Of a stretch of DNA of 64,000 bases, positions 1 through 9,980 are shown piece by piece. This DNA comes from a bacterium (GTDB lineage: Bacteria; UBA8248): positions 864,001 to 928,000 of the forward strand of contig CBDATS010000004.1 in assembly GCA_965200245.1 (NCBI GenBank), read 5' to 3'. The first letter of the stretch is position 1, and the number at the start of each line of letters is the position of its first letter. The position numbers and the translations under genes are program-made. The notes under the pieces are model-generated. The model did not search any database. It was not told the origin of the DNA and worked only from the letters and a program-made list of their open reading frames with translations.

Positions 1-1
1 G

Positions 2-886
2 GTGGAGCCCTCTATCGCGTCCGCGCTCGGCCAGATCAGGCATCTGCTTCAGGCGGAACCCAAAGCGAGAAAAATAGAAGCCGTGGAGATGACCTCCCTG
101 GGAACGGAGAAGGGAGCGTGCGTTGGCCTCTATCTCCACCCGGTGGGCTACCGGGATCGCGGAAACCTGAAAATCGAACGCACGACCCTGTCCGCCTGGA
201 AAAAATTCGCCGGGGAGAACCATTTTCCACTGGCTGCTGTCGGCATTCGATCGCCCGACGAACCGACCCGGTGGCTGGCGCAATACCGGCCCGACGTGGA
301 GCGCCCGGACGTATGCCTGGGCGTATCACCCGAGTCCTTCATCCAGCCCAACCGCGCGCTCAACCGGCTGCTGGTCAAATACCTCCTCAGGGAATGCGGG
401 CTGAATCATGAAAGGATCGTTCTGGACCTCTTCTGCGGGGTGGGAAATTTTTCCTTCCCCCTGGCGTTGAGGGCAGGACGCGTCCTGGGGGTCGAGGAAA
501 ACCCCTACGCCATCGCCGACGCCCGGCGCAACAGGGAGGAAAACGAGGTCGACAATGCGGACTTTTTCCGCCGTCCCGCACAAAAACTGACGAAAGAAGA
601 GGTCGCCTCGAAACTCGGGGGACACACGCCCGATGTCGTCGTGCTCGACCCGCTCAGAAAGGGCGCGCTCGACGTCATGCCCCTGATCGCGGCGCTTGCG
701 CCCGAGCGTGTCGTCTATGTCTCGTGCAATCCGGCCACCTTTGCACGCGACGCATGCGACCTCATGGCCCGCGGCTATCGCGCCCGCGCCGCTTACGTAT
801 TCGATATGTTCCCCCATACCGCCCATCTGGAAATGCTCACATCGTGGATCCGGAAGGAAGCTTCCGGTCCAACCCAACGATTCTGA
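2..886 (+). CDS. rlmD: 23S rRNA (uracil-C5)-methyltransferase, RlmD/TrmA family; 5'-truncated by the window edge
   Basis: Motifs SFIQPN, VLDLFCGVGNF (SAM), VVLDPLRKG, YVSCNPATFARD (catalytic Cys), DMFPHTAHLE. Confidence 0.88.
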   Translation: MEPSIASALGQIRHLLQAEPKARKIEAVEMTSLGTEKGACVGLYLHPVGYRDRGNLKIERTTLSAWKKFAGENHFPLAAVGIRSPDEPTRWLAQYRPDVERPDVCLGVSPESFIQPNRALNRLLVKYLLRECGLNHERIVLDLFCGVGNFSFPLALRAGRVLGVEENPYAIADARRNREENEVDNADFFRRPAQKLTKEEVASKLGGHTPDVVVLDPLRKGALDVMPLIAALAPERVVYVSCNPATFARDACDLMARGYRARAAYVFDMFPHTAHLEMLTSWIRKEASGPTQRF

Positions 887-900
887 TAGGGAGGCAACCC

Positions 901-1518
901 ATGTTCCTCACACGCAGACAGCGAGAAATTTACGAGTTCATCAAGAAGTTCATCGGGGCGAACGGCTACGCCCCCTCTATTGTGGAGATCGGCAAGCACT
1001 TTCGTCTCACCTCGCCCGCAACGGTGCACAAGCACCTGCAGAACATCGCGGAAAAAGGCCTCATCAAGAGAAGCTGGAATAAAAGCCGGGCCATCGAACT
1101 CGTCCCCGGTACGGATACCCTCAAGGTAAGTGCCGAACCCGCGCGGGTAGAACTTCCCCTGCGCGGCATGATCGCGGCGGGCATGCCGCTTGAGGCGATC
1201 GAGGACACCGAAACGATACCCCTTCCCTGGTCGTCGGGGGACGATAACCTCTACGTCCTGAAAGTCAAGGGAGATTCGATGATCGAGGATCACATCCAGG
1301 ACGGGGACTACGTGATCGTGGAGAGCCGGAACAACGCGCTGAACGGCGAAACCGTGGTCGCGCTCGTCAATGGAGAATCCGCCACGCTCAAGCGCTTCTA
1401 CCGAGAGGGCGCGCAAATCAGACTCCAGCCCGCCAACGAGACGATGGCGCCCATTATGGTGAGGGAAGAGGACTTGCTTATCCAGGGCGTCGTCGTGGGC
1501 GTACTCAGGAAGTATTGA
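901..1518 (+). CDS. lexA: SOS repressor LexA
   Basis: GGGAGG RBS then ATG at 901; LTRRQREIYEFI...GYAPSIVEI HTH, IAAGMP cleavage site, VKGDSM Ser and ATLKRF Lys. Confidence 0.96.
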   Translation: MFLTRRQREIYEFIKKFIGANGYAPSIVEIGKHFRLTSPATVHKHLQNIAEKGLIKRSWNKSRAIELVPGTDTLKVSAEPARVELPLRGMIAAGMPLEAIEDTETIPLPWSSGDDNLYVLKVKGDSMIEDHIQDGDYVIVESRNNALNGETVVALVNGESATLKRFYREGAQIRLQPANETMAPIMVREEDLLIQGVVVGVLRKY

Positions 1519-1535
1519 CGCCGCCGGGAGATAGC

Positions 1536-2753
1536 ATGACGAGACGCCACGAAGAGCCGGGGTCGCCGCGCGGGGACAGGCTCATCGCGCACGTCGACAT
1601 GGACGCCTTTTACGTGTCCGTGGAACGCATGGACCGGCCCGACCTCGAGGGCAAGCCCGTCGTCGTCGTCGGCAGTGTGGGACCGCGCGGTGTGGTTTCC
1701 GCTGCCTCTTATGAGGCCAGGGCTTTCGGAGTCCACTCGGCCATGCCCATGGCACGAGCCCGTGCGCTGTGCCCGCACGCCGTCTACATCGAAGCGAACC
1801 ACAAAAAATACGGCGAAGCATCCGGGAGGGTGATGAAGGTACTCGGTGACTTCACTCCCGCTGTGCAGGTCGTCTCGGTGGATGAGGCCTATCTCGACTT
1901 GAGCGGAACCGGGCGACTTCACGGCTCCCCGTTCCAGACGGCGGCGAGGATCCGCGAAGCGGTATTGCGCGAGACGAACTGTTCGGCTTCCATCGGGCTG
2001 GCATCGAGCCGACTGGTGTCCAAAATCGCGTCCGCACTGTCCAAACCCGCAGGGTTGCTACACGTCTACCCCGGCGGGGAGGAAGCCTTTCTGCGTCCTC
2101 TTCGGGTGAGCAGAATCCCCGGCGTAGGCAAGGTAATGGTCGAAAAACTGAACCGTCTGGGCATCTCGACCATCGGTGATCTCTGCAATCAATCACTGCC
2201 CTTCCTGGAGACGCAGTTCAAGAACCTGGGGCCCGAACTTTACCAAAAGGCGCGCGGATTGGACGATACCGAACTCGTTCTCGAAAACCAGCCAAAGAGT
2301 ATCGGCAAGGAGACTACCTTCGCAGAGGACATCGAAGAGTTCTCGAAGCTTGAGGCCATACTCACGGGCCTGGCCGAGGAGGCAAGCGCGCGCGTGCGTC
2401 GCCAGGGCCTGAGCGCGAGGCACATTATCCTCAAAATCCGGTTTTTCGATTTCACGACGCTCACGCGCTCGTTCACGCTCGATGCGCCCACCCGGTTGGA
2501 TAAGGAAATTATCGATCCCGCGCTCGATCTCTTGCGGCGCACCTGCGCGAAAGAAGGCCGGAACCGGAAATTCCGTCTGCTGGGGGTCTACCTCTCGGGA
2601 TTGGACGCGGCCCCTGCGCAACCACTTCTGTTCGAGGATCAAAACCGGGAAAAAGAAGAGCGCCTTGTCGAGAGTCTTGATGCGATTCGCGAGCGCTTCG
2701 GGCACGAGTCCGTATTCTCGCGAAAGAGCGTGGAGAGAATCAAAAAGCCCTAA
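1536..2753 (+). CDS. dinB: DNA polymerase IV (Y-family)
   Basis: HVDMDAFYVSVE, AASYEARAFGVHSAMP, SVDEAYLD, KSIGKETTF, RLLGV and C-terminal QPLLF clamp-binding-like motif. Confidence 0.95.
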   Translation: MTRRHEEPGSPRGDRLIAHVDMDAFYVSVERMDRPDLEGKPVVVVGSVGPRGVVSAASYEARAFGVHSAMPMARARALCPHAVYIEANHKKYGEASGRVMKVLGDFTPAVQVVSVDEAYLDLSGTGRLHGSPFQTAARIREAVLRETNCSASIGLASSRLVSKIASALSKPAGLLHVYPGGEEAFLRPLRVSRIPGVGKVMVEKLNRLGISTIGDLCNQSLPFLETQFKNLGPELYQKARGLDDTELVLENQPKSIGKETTFAEDIEEFSKLEAILTGLAEEASARVRRQGLSARHIILKIRFFDFTTLTRSFTLDAPTRLDKEIIDPALDLLRRTCAKEGRNRKFRLLGVYLSGLDAAPAQPLLFEDQNREKEERLVESLDAIRERFGHESVFSRKSVERIKKP

Positions 2754-3664
2754 AGACGGATCAGGATCAGTATTGTCCCCACCACCGTCATTGCCGCACC
2801 CAAGGCGAGCCTGACGGTGATGTTCTCGCTCTCCCTCAAGAACAAGTGCGACCCCAGGATCACCAGGAGCGGCTGAACCGACGTGATGGAGGTGACGCCC
2901 ACAGCGTAGGTGCGCGCCATCGCGTTGCTGAACGAGGGCACGGCTATCGTCTGGCAGACGGCGGCCAGGAACATCCATTTCCAGCTTGCCCGGGGGATTT
3001 TCTCCGCCGTCTCCCTTTGAGCGAAACCTACCGCCAGCACCCAGGCGAAGCCAATTCCAATCCAGATGAGCAGCGCCGAGGCGGCCAGTGCATTCATGTC
3101 GAGCGTGATGGTCCTCACCATCACGCCCGACACACTCCAGTTCAGTGTGGTCAGGCCTGCCGAGATGTAGCCCTTCACGACGTCCTTGCGTGTGTGGCCC
3201 ATCTCCAGGTTCGGCTGCGGTGGGGCGGAGCGCACCACCATGGTGAGACCGGCAATGAGGCAACCCAGTCCCAGGATGATGAGCACCGTGAACGGTTCGC
3301 CCAGGAATATGGTCGCCAGAAGAGCGGTGACGGCGGGCGTGCTCGCCGCGATGGGAATGGTGCGGCTCGGCCCGATACGCCGGATGGCGTAGTAGTAGGT
3401 GAGCCGCGATATGGTGATCATGAAAAAACCGGCAATCGGCAACAAAACCCAGGTTCTCGTCAAGGTGGGTTCAAAGGCCGATGACGGCAGGGTGAAGAAA
3501 ACCAGCGCGGCTACGAACACTCCGTTCAGCGTCGACATGGCCGCTGTCGTCCTCAACAACGGCGCGTTCTTCATCGCCAGGCGCACGAAAAAAGAGAGAC
3601 TCGTCCAGCTCAGGAGCGCCGAGGTGGCGAACAGCAAGCCCACGACATGGGTAGATAGGTTCAT
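2750..3664 (-). CDS. DMT/EamA family transporter
   Basis: About 10 hydrophobic segments in two repeats; YAIRRIGPSRTIPI and FLGEPFT motifs. Confidence 0.85.
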   Translation of the reverse strand: MNLSTHVVGLLFATSALLSWTSLSFFVRLAMKNAPLLRTTAAMSTLNGVFVAALVFFTLPSSAFEPTLTRTWVLLPIAGFFMITISRLTYYYAIRRIGPSRTIPIAASTPAVTALLATIFLGEPFTVLIILGLGCLIAGLTMVVRSAPPQPNLEMGHTRKDVVKGYISAGLTTLNWSVSGVMVRTITLDMNALAASALLIWIGIGFAWVLAVGFAQRETAEKIPRASWKWMFLAAVCQTIAVPSFSNAMARTYAVGVTSITSVQPLLVILGSHLFLRESENITVRLALGAAMTVVGTILILIRL

Positions 3665-3704
3665 AACCGCTTTCTGTCGTTCGTGAAGACTGTCCGAATG
3701 GCCG

Positions 3705-4163
3705 CTATTCGGGCCGCTTGAGCGTCCAGTTGTCCGTGATGCGCGTCGCCGTGCTCATGAACAGATACAGGATGCAGCCCGCGCGAAACTTCTCTTTCAC
3801 TTCTTCAAGCTGCTCGGCAGAACCGGACGACGTTACCTCTATATCCAACTCCACGCCGGTGACGCCTCCGTTCTCCGCGCCCGGGTCGCCGGGCGCGAAA
3901 CGATCCATGGTGAGCTTTCCCTCGATTGCGCAGTCATCAAGCGGCATGCCGACTTCTCTCGCGAACAACTCGACGTGTGCGGCACCGCAGCCTGTCAGCG
4001 CGCCGAGCATGTATTCGGCGGGGGTGGGATGTTCGAACAGACCGCCGCGTTCCACGGGCTCATCGCTCGAAAACTCCGGGCAATCGCGCGTCTCGATCCG
4101 CGCGCGCATATTCCCCATCCACTGCGCGTTCGCTACCCGGGTAATGGTGCTTCGCTCGTCCAT
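3705..4163 (-). CDS. OsmC/Ohr family protein
   Basis: SDEPVERGG...PTPAEYMLGALTGC and second Cys in FRAGCILY; start placed at MDERS. Confidence 0.8.
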   Translation of the reverse strand: MDERSTITRVANAQWMGNMRARIETRDCPEFSSDEPVERGGLFEHPTPAEYMLGALTGCGAAHVELFAREVGMPLDDCAIEGKLTMDRFAPGDPGAENGGVTGVELDIEVTSSGSAEQLEEVKEKFRAGCILYLFMSTATRITDNWTLKRPE

Positions 4164-4256
4164 GTCGACGTCCTCTTCTTTCCAGGAAGATTCCGCAGGT
4201 AGCCTACTACATCGCTCCCCCGGCACGCCATGCATCCAGGGCGCGCGGGAAAACCC

Positions 4257-7103
4257 TCACCCGGCCACGCTCGCCGCTTCGAAATACTTTTTCAAGAACC
4301 TGCCTGTGTGTGAGTGGGGATTGTTCGCTACTTCCTCGGGCGTCCCTTCGGCGACGATGCGGCCGCCCCTGTCACCTCCTTCAGGACCAAGGTCAATCAC
4401 CCACTCCGAATTGCGGATGACATCAAGATTGTGTTCGACGACCACTACCGTGTTCCCCAGACCCACGAGGCGCGTGAGCACGTTCAGCAACCGCTCCACA
4501 TCCTGAAAATGAAGGCCCGTCGTCGGTTCATCCATCAGGTACATGACGCCTCGGGGCGGCTTGGCGGCCAACTGACCCGCGATCTTCAGGCGCTGTGCCT
4601 CCCCACCCGACAGCGTGTTCACGGGCTGGCCAATTCGCAAATAGTTCAGCCCCACGTCTCTCAGGATGAGCAGCTTGTTCAGCACCGAGGGCACGTGATC
4701 GAAAAAGAGCATGGCCTCGTCTACCGTCAGGTTCAGCACCTCGTGAATGTTCTTGCCCTTGTACTGAATCTCCATGGCCTGGGGCCTGAAGCGCTTGCCC
4801 TCGCAATCGGGACAGCGGATGAAGATGTCGGCCATGAAATGCATCTCTATCTTCTGGATACCGCTTCCGGTGCAGGACTCGCACCGACCGCCTGTGGTGT
4901 TGAACGAGAAATGACCGGGGCCGTAGCCCATGTTCCGCGCCAGAGGCGATTCGGCGAACAGGCGGCGGATCGTGTCGTAGGCCTTGAGATAGGTGATGGG
5001 GTTGCTCCTTGGGCTCTTGCCGATAGGGCTCTGGTCGAGCAACACGACGGAATCAAGTTCCTCGAAACCTTCTATTCGCTGGAAGCGGCCAATGGCGCCT
5101 TTCCACTCGCCGAGGATGCGCGCGAGTGCCGGGTAGAGCGTGTCGTGCACGAGCGTGCTCTTTCCCGATCCGGAGACACCCGTTATCGCTACCAGACGCC
5201 CCAGGGGAACATGGAGATCCACCGCCTTCAGATTGTTCTCCTGTGCGCCGAACAGGGACAGATAGGAGCAATTCCCGTTCTCTCCTCTTTTGAGCTTTCG
5301 CGGACTGATTTCGCGCTCGCCGCTCAGATACTTCGCCGTCGCCGACTTCTCGCAGAGGTCGAGTTCTTCCCGGGGTCCCGAGAAAACCACCTCACCCCCG
5401 CGCTCGCCTGCGCCGGGGCCCAGATCCACGACGTGATCCGCTTCGTCGATGATGTCGCGGTCGTGCTCGACCACGAGCAGCGTGTTTCCCCGCTCGACAA
5501 GGTCGTTGAGTATCCCTGCAAGCCGAGCGTTGTCTCTCGGGTGCAGCCCGATGGTCGGCTCGTCCAGAATGTAGAGCGTGCCCGTCAGATGTGCACCCAA
5601 CTGGTTTGCCAAGTTGATCCGCTGGTGTTCTCCCCCGCTCAGCGTTCTTGTTTCCCTATCGAGCGTCAGGTATTCGAGTCCCACCTTGTGCAGAAAATCG
5701 AGACGATCGCGCACCTGTTTCAGGATGTCGCCTGCACGGGCGTACTGATCCGACGCGAGTGGCGGTGCCTCGAAGTAATCTCTCAGCTCGCTCACGGGCA
5801 TGGCACATATATCGGCGATGGTGTGCCCGCCCAGCTTGATCCAGAGCGCCTCTGGACGCAGGCGCGTGCCATGGCACGAAGCGCATTGCTGCAGGCTTTG
5901 GTAGCGCCTGATCATCACACGTACCCAGACCTTGTACTTCCTGCGTTTGAGCCTCTCGAAAAACCGATACACGCCCAGAAACTGCCCCGATCCCTCGAAC
6001 ACCATCTTCTTGTGCTCCCCGGACATCTCCTGCCAGGGGGTGTGGATATCGAGACCCTCATTCTTTGCGGCGTCCAGTAGCTGTTCTCCGAAATACCGGC
6101 GGTAACGCGGCCTCGTCCAGGGCTCCACCGCTCCCTGAGCGAGCGTCTTCCTCGGTTCGGGGACGATGAGTGCCTCATCGAAACTGAGCGTATTGCCAAA
6201 CCCGCCACACTCCGGGCATGCACCGTTGGGGTTGTTGAAGCTGAACGTATGCGGCACGGGTTCTTCAAACGTATTCCCGCAACACTCAAGCCGCTGGCTG
6301 AAACGAAGCCTCGGCCCGTCCACGAGTTGCACCTCGGCGACGCCGCCGCTCTCGGTAAACGCCGTCTCAAGCGACTCACCCAGGCGCGCGCGGTTTCTCC
6401 TGGAGAGTTTCAGACGGTCCACCACCACGCGAATCGCGTGGTGGTTCCCTATGGTGGGCCGGCCCGTATCCGTTTGTTCTTTCAATCTCTCAAAAAGCGG
6501 GGGGCCGATGTTGACTATCTCTTCATTCACCATCACGCGGACATAGCCCTGCTTCATCAGGGATTCGAGGTCTCTCTGCAAATATTCCGTATCGAGGTCT
6601 CCCATGGGGAAAAGGATGAAGCCTCTCGCATCCGCGTAGGCGTTCAGCAGGATATCCACCGTTCCGTCGACCGTGGCGGGCGCGACCTCACTCCCGCAGT
6701 CTGGGCAATGGATCTTCCCGGCCTTGGCGAAGAGTAACCTGAGGTAGTCGTAAATCTCCGACGCCGTCCCCACCGTGGAGCGCGAATGGTTCACCGGGTT
6801 GTACTGCTCGATGGCGATGGCGGGACTGATGCCCTCGATGTAGTCCACTTCGGGCTTGTCCACACGCTCTAGGAACTGCCGTGCGTAGGTGGAGAGGCTT
6901 TCCACGTAGCGGCGGTGCCCCTCGGCGTAGATGGTGTCGAAGGCGAGTGAGGACTTGCCCGAACCGCTCGGCCCGGTAACGACGATGAAATGCTCCCTCG
7001 GGAGTTTGAGGGAGATGTCCTTCAAATTATGTTCCCGCGCTCCCTCGATGCGGATATCCTCCATCAGGGAGACGGCGGGAGAATCTGCGCTTTGGGTGTT
7101 CAT
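4257..7103 (-). CDS. uvrA: Excinuclease ABC subunit A
   Basis: GAREHNLK, two Walker A motifs ([16 protein letters not shown]), CxxC zinc fingers, LSGGE signatures, DEPT. Confidence 0.97.
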   Translation of the reverse strand: MNTQSADSPAVSLMEDIRIEGAREHNLKDISLKLPREHFIVVTGPSGSGKSSLAFDTIYAEGHRRYVESLSTYARQFLERVDKPEVDYIEGISPAIAIEQYNPVNHSRSTVGTASEIYDYLRLLFAKAGKIHCPDCGSEVAPATVDGTVDILLNAYADARGFILFPMGDLDTEYLQRDLESLMKQGYVRVMVNEEIVNIGPPLFERLKEQTDTGRPTIGNHHAIRVVVDRLKLSRRNRARLGESLETAFTESGGVAEVQLVDGPRLRFSQRLECCGNTFEEPVPHTFSFNNPNGACPECGGFGNTLSFDEALIVPEPRKTLAQGAVEPWTRPRYRRYFGEQLLDAAKNEGLDIHTPWQEMSGEHKKMVFEGSGQFLGVYRFFERLKRRKYKVWVRVMIRRYQSLQQCASCHGTRLRPEALWIKLGGHTIADICAMPVSELRDYFEAPPLASDQYARAGDILKQVRDRLDFLHKVGLEYLTLDRETRTLSGGEHQRINLANQLGAHLTGTLYILDEPTIGLHPRDNARLAGILNDLVERGNTLLVVEHDRDIIDEADHVVDLGPGAGERGGEVVFSGPREELDLCEKSATAKYLSGEREISPRKLKRGENGNCSYLSLFGAQENNLKAVDLHVPLGRLVAITGVSGSGKSTLVHDTLYPALARILGEWKGAIGRFQRIEGFEELDSVVLLDQSPIGKSPRSNPITYLKAYDTIRRLFAESPLARNMGYGPGHFSFNTTGGRCESCTGSGIQKIEMHFMADIFIRCPDCEGKRFRPQAMEIQYKGKNIHEVLNLTVDEAMLFFDHVPSVLNKLLILRDVGLNYLRIGQPVNTLSGGEAQRLKIAGQLAAKPPRGVMYLMDEPTTGLHFQDVERLLNVLTRLVGLGNTVVVVEHNLDVIRNSEWVIDLGPEGGDRGGRIVAEGTPEEVANNPHSHTGRFLKKYFEAASVAG

Positions 7104-7157
7104 TTCCTCGTGACGGCTCTATGAGTGATACGGGCGACAGTGAAACGATAACCCCTC

Positions 7158-7187
7158 AATATGATGCGCATGGGAGCGAAGTGTCAA
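7158..7187 (-). promoter_or_regulatory. Putative sigma70 promoter of uvrA
   Basis: TTGACA-N18-CATATT on the minus strand, about 55 bp upstream of the start. Confidence 0.5.
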
Positions 7188-7246
7188 CGGGGTGGGGGGT
7201 GTTTCGGGGCAGGCTCTTCTTGACCGTCCAGGCAAGAAAGCAGGCC

Positions 7247-7273
7247 GCGGGGACAGGTCGCGACTCCTCCTGC
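7247..7273. repeat. REP-like palindrome (ACAGGTCGCGAC core)
   Basis: GCGGGGACAGGTCGCGACTCCTCCTGC; the core recurs at 31991-32022 and 51975-52002. Confidence 0.55.
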
Positions 7274-7283
7274 AGGAATCCCT

Positions 7284-8069
7284 TCAAATCGCTTTCAGCC
7301 TTCCTCCGTCTACCGCGAATACGCCGCCTGAGATGTAGCTCGCCTCGGGCGAGGCAAGAAACGCCACTATCGCGCCGAACTCCTCGGGCTCTCCCAGACG
7401 ACCCAGCGGCACCTCGCGTTCCACACGGGCGACCGATTCCTCGAAAGTGATGCCCAGACGCTTCGCCAGCGACCGGCGGCCATGTAGCCCGCGTTCGGTT
7501 TTGATGACGCCGGGAATAACCACGTTCACGAGAATGCCCTCCCCGCCCAGGGAACGCGAGAGCGACTTCGCGAAACCGGCCACGGCGGGGCGCATGACGT
7601 TCGAGAGCAGAAGGTCGTCTATCGGCTCGCGCACGGAACTCGAAAGAATGAACAGGATCCTCCCGCCGCCGCGCCCCCGCATTCGCGGAAGCGCTTCGCG
7701 CACGAGACGCACCGCGCTCATGACGCTCAGTTCAAAGGCGTTGAACCAGGCGTCGTCCCCGAATTCCTCGAACACGCCGCGTGGCGGGCCTCCCGCGTTC
7801 GAGACGAGCACATCCACACCATTGAAATGTTCCGCCGCCCCGTGAACAAACTTGCGCACACCCTCGGTCGTGCTCACGTCCGCCGCACAATACCAAGTTT
7901 TCACCCCCGCTTCGCGTGCGATGTCCGCAGCCGCCTCGGCACAGGCGGCCTCATCGCGCGCGCAGATGGCGACATCAGCGCCTCTCATCGCCATCTTGAG
8001 CGCAGAGGCACGGCCCAGACCCTTGCTGCCCGCCGCCACGAGGGCGACCTTGCCTTCCATGTCTCTCAT
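7284..8069 (-). CDS. Short-chain dehydrogenase/reductase (FabG-like)
   Basis: AAGSKGLG Rossmann motif, VSNAGGPP, VPLGRLGEPEEF, VDGG; SNVMR in place of canonical YxxxK. Confidence 0.9.
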   Translation of the reverse strand: MRDMEGKVALVAAGSKGLGRASALKMAMRGADVAICARDEAACAEAAADIAREAGVKTWYCAADVSTTEGVRKFVHGAAEHFNGVDVLVSNAGGPPRGVFEEFGDDAWFNAFELSVMSAVRLVREALPRMRGRGGGRILFILSSSVREPIDDLLLSNVMRPAVAGFAKSLSRSLGGEGILVNVVIPGVIKTERGLHGRRSLAKRLGITFEESVARVEREVPLGRLGEPEEFGAIVAFLASPEASYISGGVFAVDGGRLKAI

Positions 8070-8414
8070 TCGCCGTCTCTCCGATCGTGCCCGCCCTCTT
8101 GAGGAGCGGGCGAAAAAAGCGCGTGCCATCCTGCGTAATCAGGTCACGTCATATCCGCCGGTATAACCCACCCGCCCCGCGGTCCACAATCGCCACGTCA
8201 TCCCTGCTCGTCTGAAGAAAACCACGCATTTTCGGGCAGACTCATCCACCAATCCTCATTTCCAGCAGCTTCATGCCTCGCTTCCCGCGAAAGCGGGATG
8301 GATTCTCGCACCGAAATGAGCGATAATGATATTCTTGAATATCAGGAACGATCTTCAGGTGTCACGGTTCCATGGAATCGGGAGCATAACTTTTCTCATC
8401 CAGGGGGTAAGCAG

Positions 8415-9389
8415 ATGAAAATCTCTCGCATCTTTTGTGCCGTTCTGATAGTTGTTTTCGCAGCCGCAGTGCAGCTGCAACCTGCTTCCGCCGCCTATCC
8501 CGACAAGCCGATTCAGTTCATCATTCCCTTCGGCGCGGGCGGCGGTGCGGACATCGAGGGGCGCCTGCTCGCCAAGGGTATGGCGAAGGTGCTCGGCGTT
8601 CCCGTGGTGGCCATCAACAAGCCGGGCGCGGGCGGTGCCGTCACCTACACGTTCGTCAAGAACTCCAAACCCGACGGCTATACCGTGGCATGGAACTCCA
8701 CTTCCATCCTCACCTCCACGAACATCGGCAACGTGCCATGGGACTACACGGCGCTCGATCACATCGGTCGGGTCCACTTCCAGCCCCTCGTAATGGCGGT
8801 AAACGCCAATTCGAAGTGGAAGACGGCGAAGGACTTCGTGGCGGACTGCAAGAAAAAGCCGAACACACTCAAAATCGGCCACGCAGGCACCGGCAGCACC
8901 ACGCATCTCACGGCCGTCATTTTCACGAGCATGACGGGATGCAAAGCCATTCTCGTTCCCCTAGGCGTCAAGCGCCGCAATGCGGCACTCCTGAGCGGCG
9001 AGGTCGACGCGATGGGCGCGCCTCTCACGGGTGCAATTCGCCTGGCGAAAGCGGACAAGTTCCGCATCATCACCCACATCACCGGCAAGCGGAACCCGGC
9101 GATCGCGGACGTGCCAACCATGAAGGAACTCGGCCACGACATCTCCTTCGACCATTTCCGCGGCCTCAGCGTGCCGAAGGGAACACCCGCCGCAGTGAAG
9201 GCGAAACTCGTGGACGCCATGACGAAGGCCGCCAACTCGGATGCCTTCAAGAAGCTGGCCAAAACGAAAGGCTTCACGATCGACCCGAGCGGACCAAAAG
9301 CGTTCGGCGAAATGCTCGCCAAGCGCGACAAGATTGTCGCCAATATCATGAAATCCACGGGGATATACAAATCCAAGAAGAAGAAATAG
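8415..9389 (+). CDS. tctC: Tripartite tricarboxylate transporter substrate-binding protein (TctC/Bug)
   Basis: Signal peptide, YPDKPIQFIIPFGAGGGAD, NKPGAG, PDGYT, DVPTMKELG, PKGTP. Confidence 0.93.
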   Translation: MKISRIFCAVLIVVFAAAVQLQPASAAYPDKPIQFIIPFGAGGGADIEGRLLAKGMAKVLGVPVVAINKPGAGGAVTYTFVKNSKPDGYTVAWNSTSILTSTNIGNVPWDYTALDHIGRVHFQPLVMAVNANSKWKTAKDFVADCKKKPNTLKIGHAGTGSTTHLTAVIFTSMTGCKAILVPLGVKRRNAALLSGEVDAMGAPLTGAIRLAKADKFRIITHITGKRNPAIADVPTMKELGHDISFDHFRGLSVPKGTPAAVKAKLVDAMTKAANSDAFKKLAKTKGFTIDPSGPKAFGEMLAKRDKIVANIMKSTGIYKSKKKK

Positions 9390-9417
9390 GACAGGATCGC
9401 CAGTCGTGTGAAAGTAT

Positions 9418-9457
9418 GGAGGCCGCCTTTCTCTGACGGGGAGGCGGCCTTCTTTTT
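9418..9457 (+). terminator. GC-rich hairpin with T tract after tctC
   Basis: GGAGGCCGCCTTTC...GGGAGGCGGCCTTC followed by TTTT. Confidence 0.6.
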
Positions 9458-9491
9458 CGAGTCGTTTTCATCTCCTTCGGACGGATTCGGG

Positions 9492-9974
9492 ATGGGTTTG
9501 CGAAACATAGTCGGCGGAGTGGTCATCCTCGGTTTTACGTTCTACTACGGCGGCCTCGCCACTCTGCTGCCGAAGCGCACCACGACCGACGCACCGGGAC
9601 CCCATTTTTTTCCCTACCTGATCTCCATCTCGATTATCTTCCTCACCGCGATGCTCCTTCTCCAGGGTGTGAGAGGACTCAAGGGCTCCGGCGGCCTCGC
9701 CGACCTGAGGCCCGAAAAACCTTCGGGAAACCAGAATTTCAGCATCGCCCGTGCAGCAGCCGGCCTGCTGCTGACGGGGCTTTACTTCTTCGCGCTTTCG
9801 ATGTTCGGGTTCTTCTGGTCCACGCCCGTCTTTTTCGCCGCGCTGATGTGGACCTCGGGCGAGCGCCGTCCACTGGTTCTGCTCGGGCTGGCGATAACCG
9901 TCCCCCTGTTCCTGTTCTTCCTGTTCCGCGATCTGTTTCAACTTCCCCTGCCGAGGGGAAGTTTCCTGGGATGA
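9492..9974 (+). CDS. tctB: TTT small membrane subunit TctB
   Basis: PGPHFFP motif, four TM segments, C-terminal FQLPLPRG; lies between tctC and tctA. Confidence 0.88.
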   Translation: MGLRNIVGGVVILGFTFYYGGLATLLPKRTTTDAPGPHFFPYLISISIIFLTAMLLLQGVRGLKGSGGLADLRPEKPSGNQNFSIARAAAGLLLTGLYFFALSMFGFFWSTPVFFAALMWTSGERRPLVLLGLAITVPLFLFFLFRDLFQLPLPRGSFLG

Positions 9975-9980
9975 CGCCAC

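Noticed and set aside
640-665. DPLR instead of DPPR in RlmD as a sign of inactivation
   Set aside because: It is a single substitution with all other catalytic motifs intact, so it cannot be interpreted without an alignment.
724-900. N-terminal extension of LexA in the ORF track
   Set aside because: It overlaps rlmD; the RBS and the family N-terminus point to ATG 901.
4314-6080. Long antisense or alternate-frame ORFs (also 9468-10988, 10070-11527, 36602-38206, 46221-47660, 51885-53249)
   Set aside because: They are shadows of well-supported genes in GC-rich DNA and show no family motifs.
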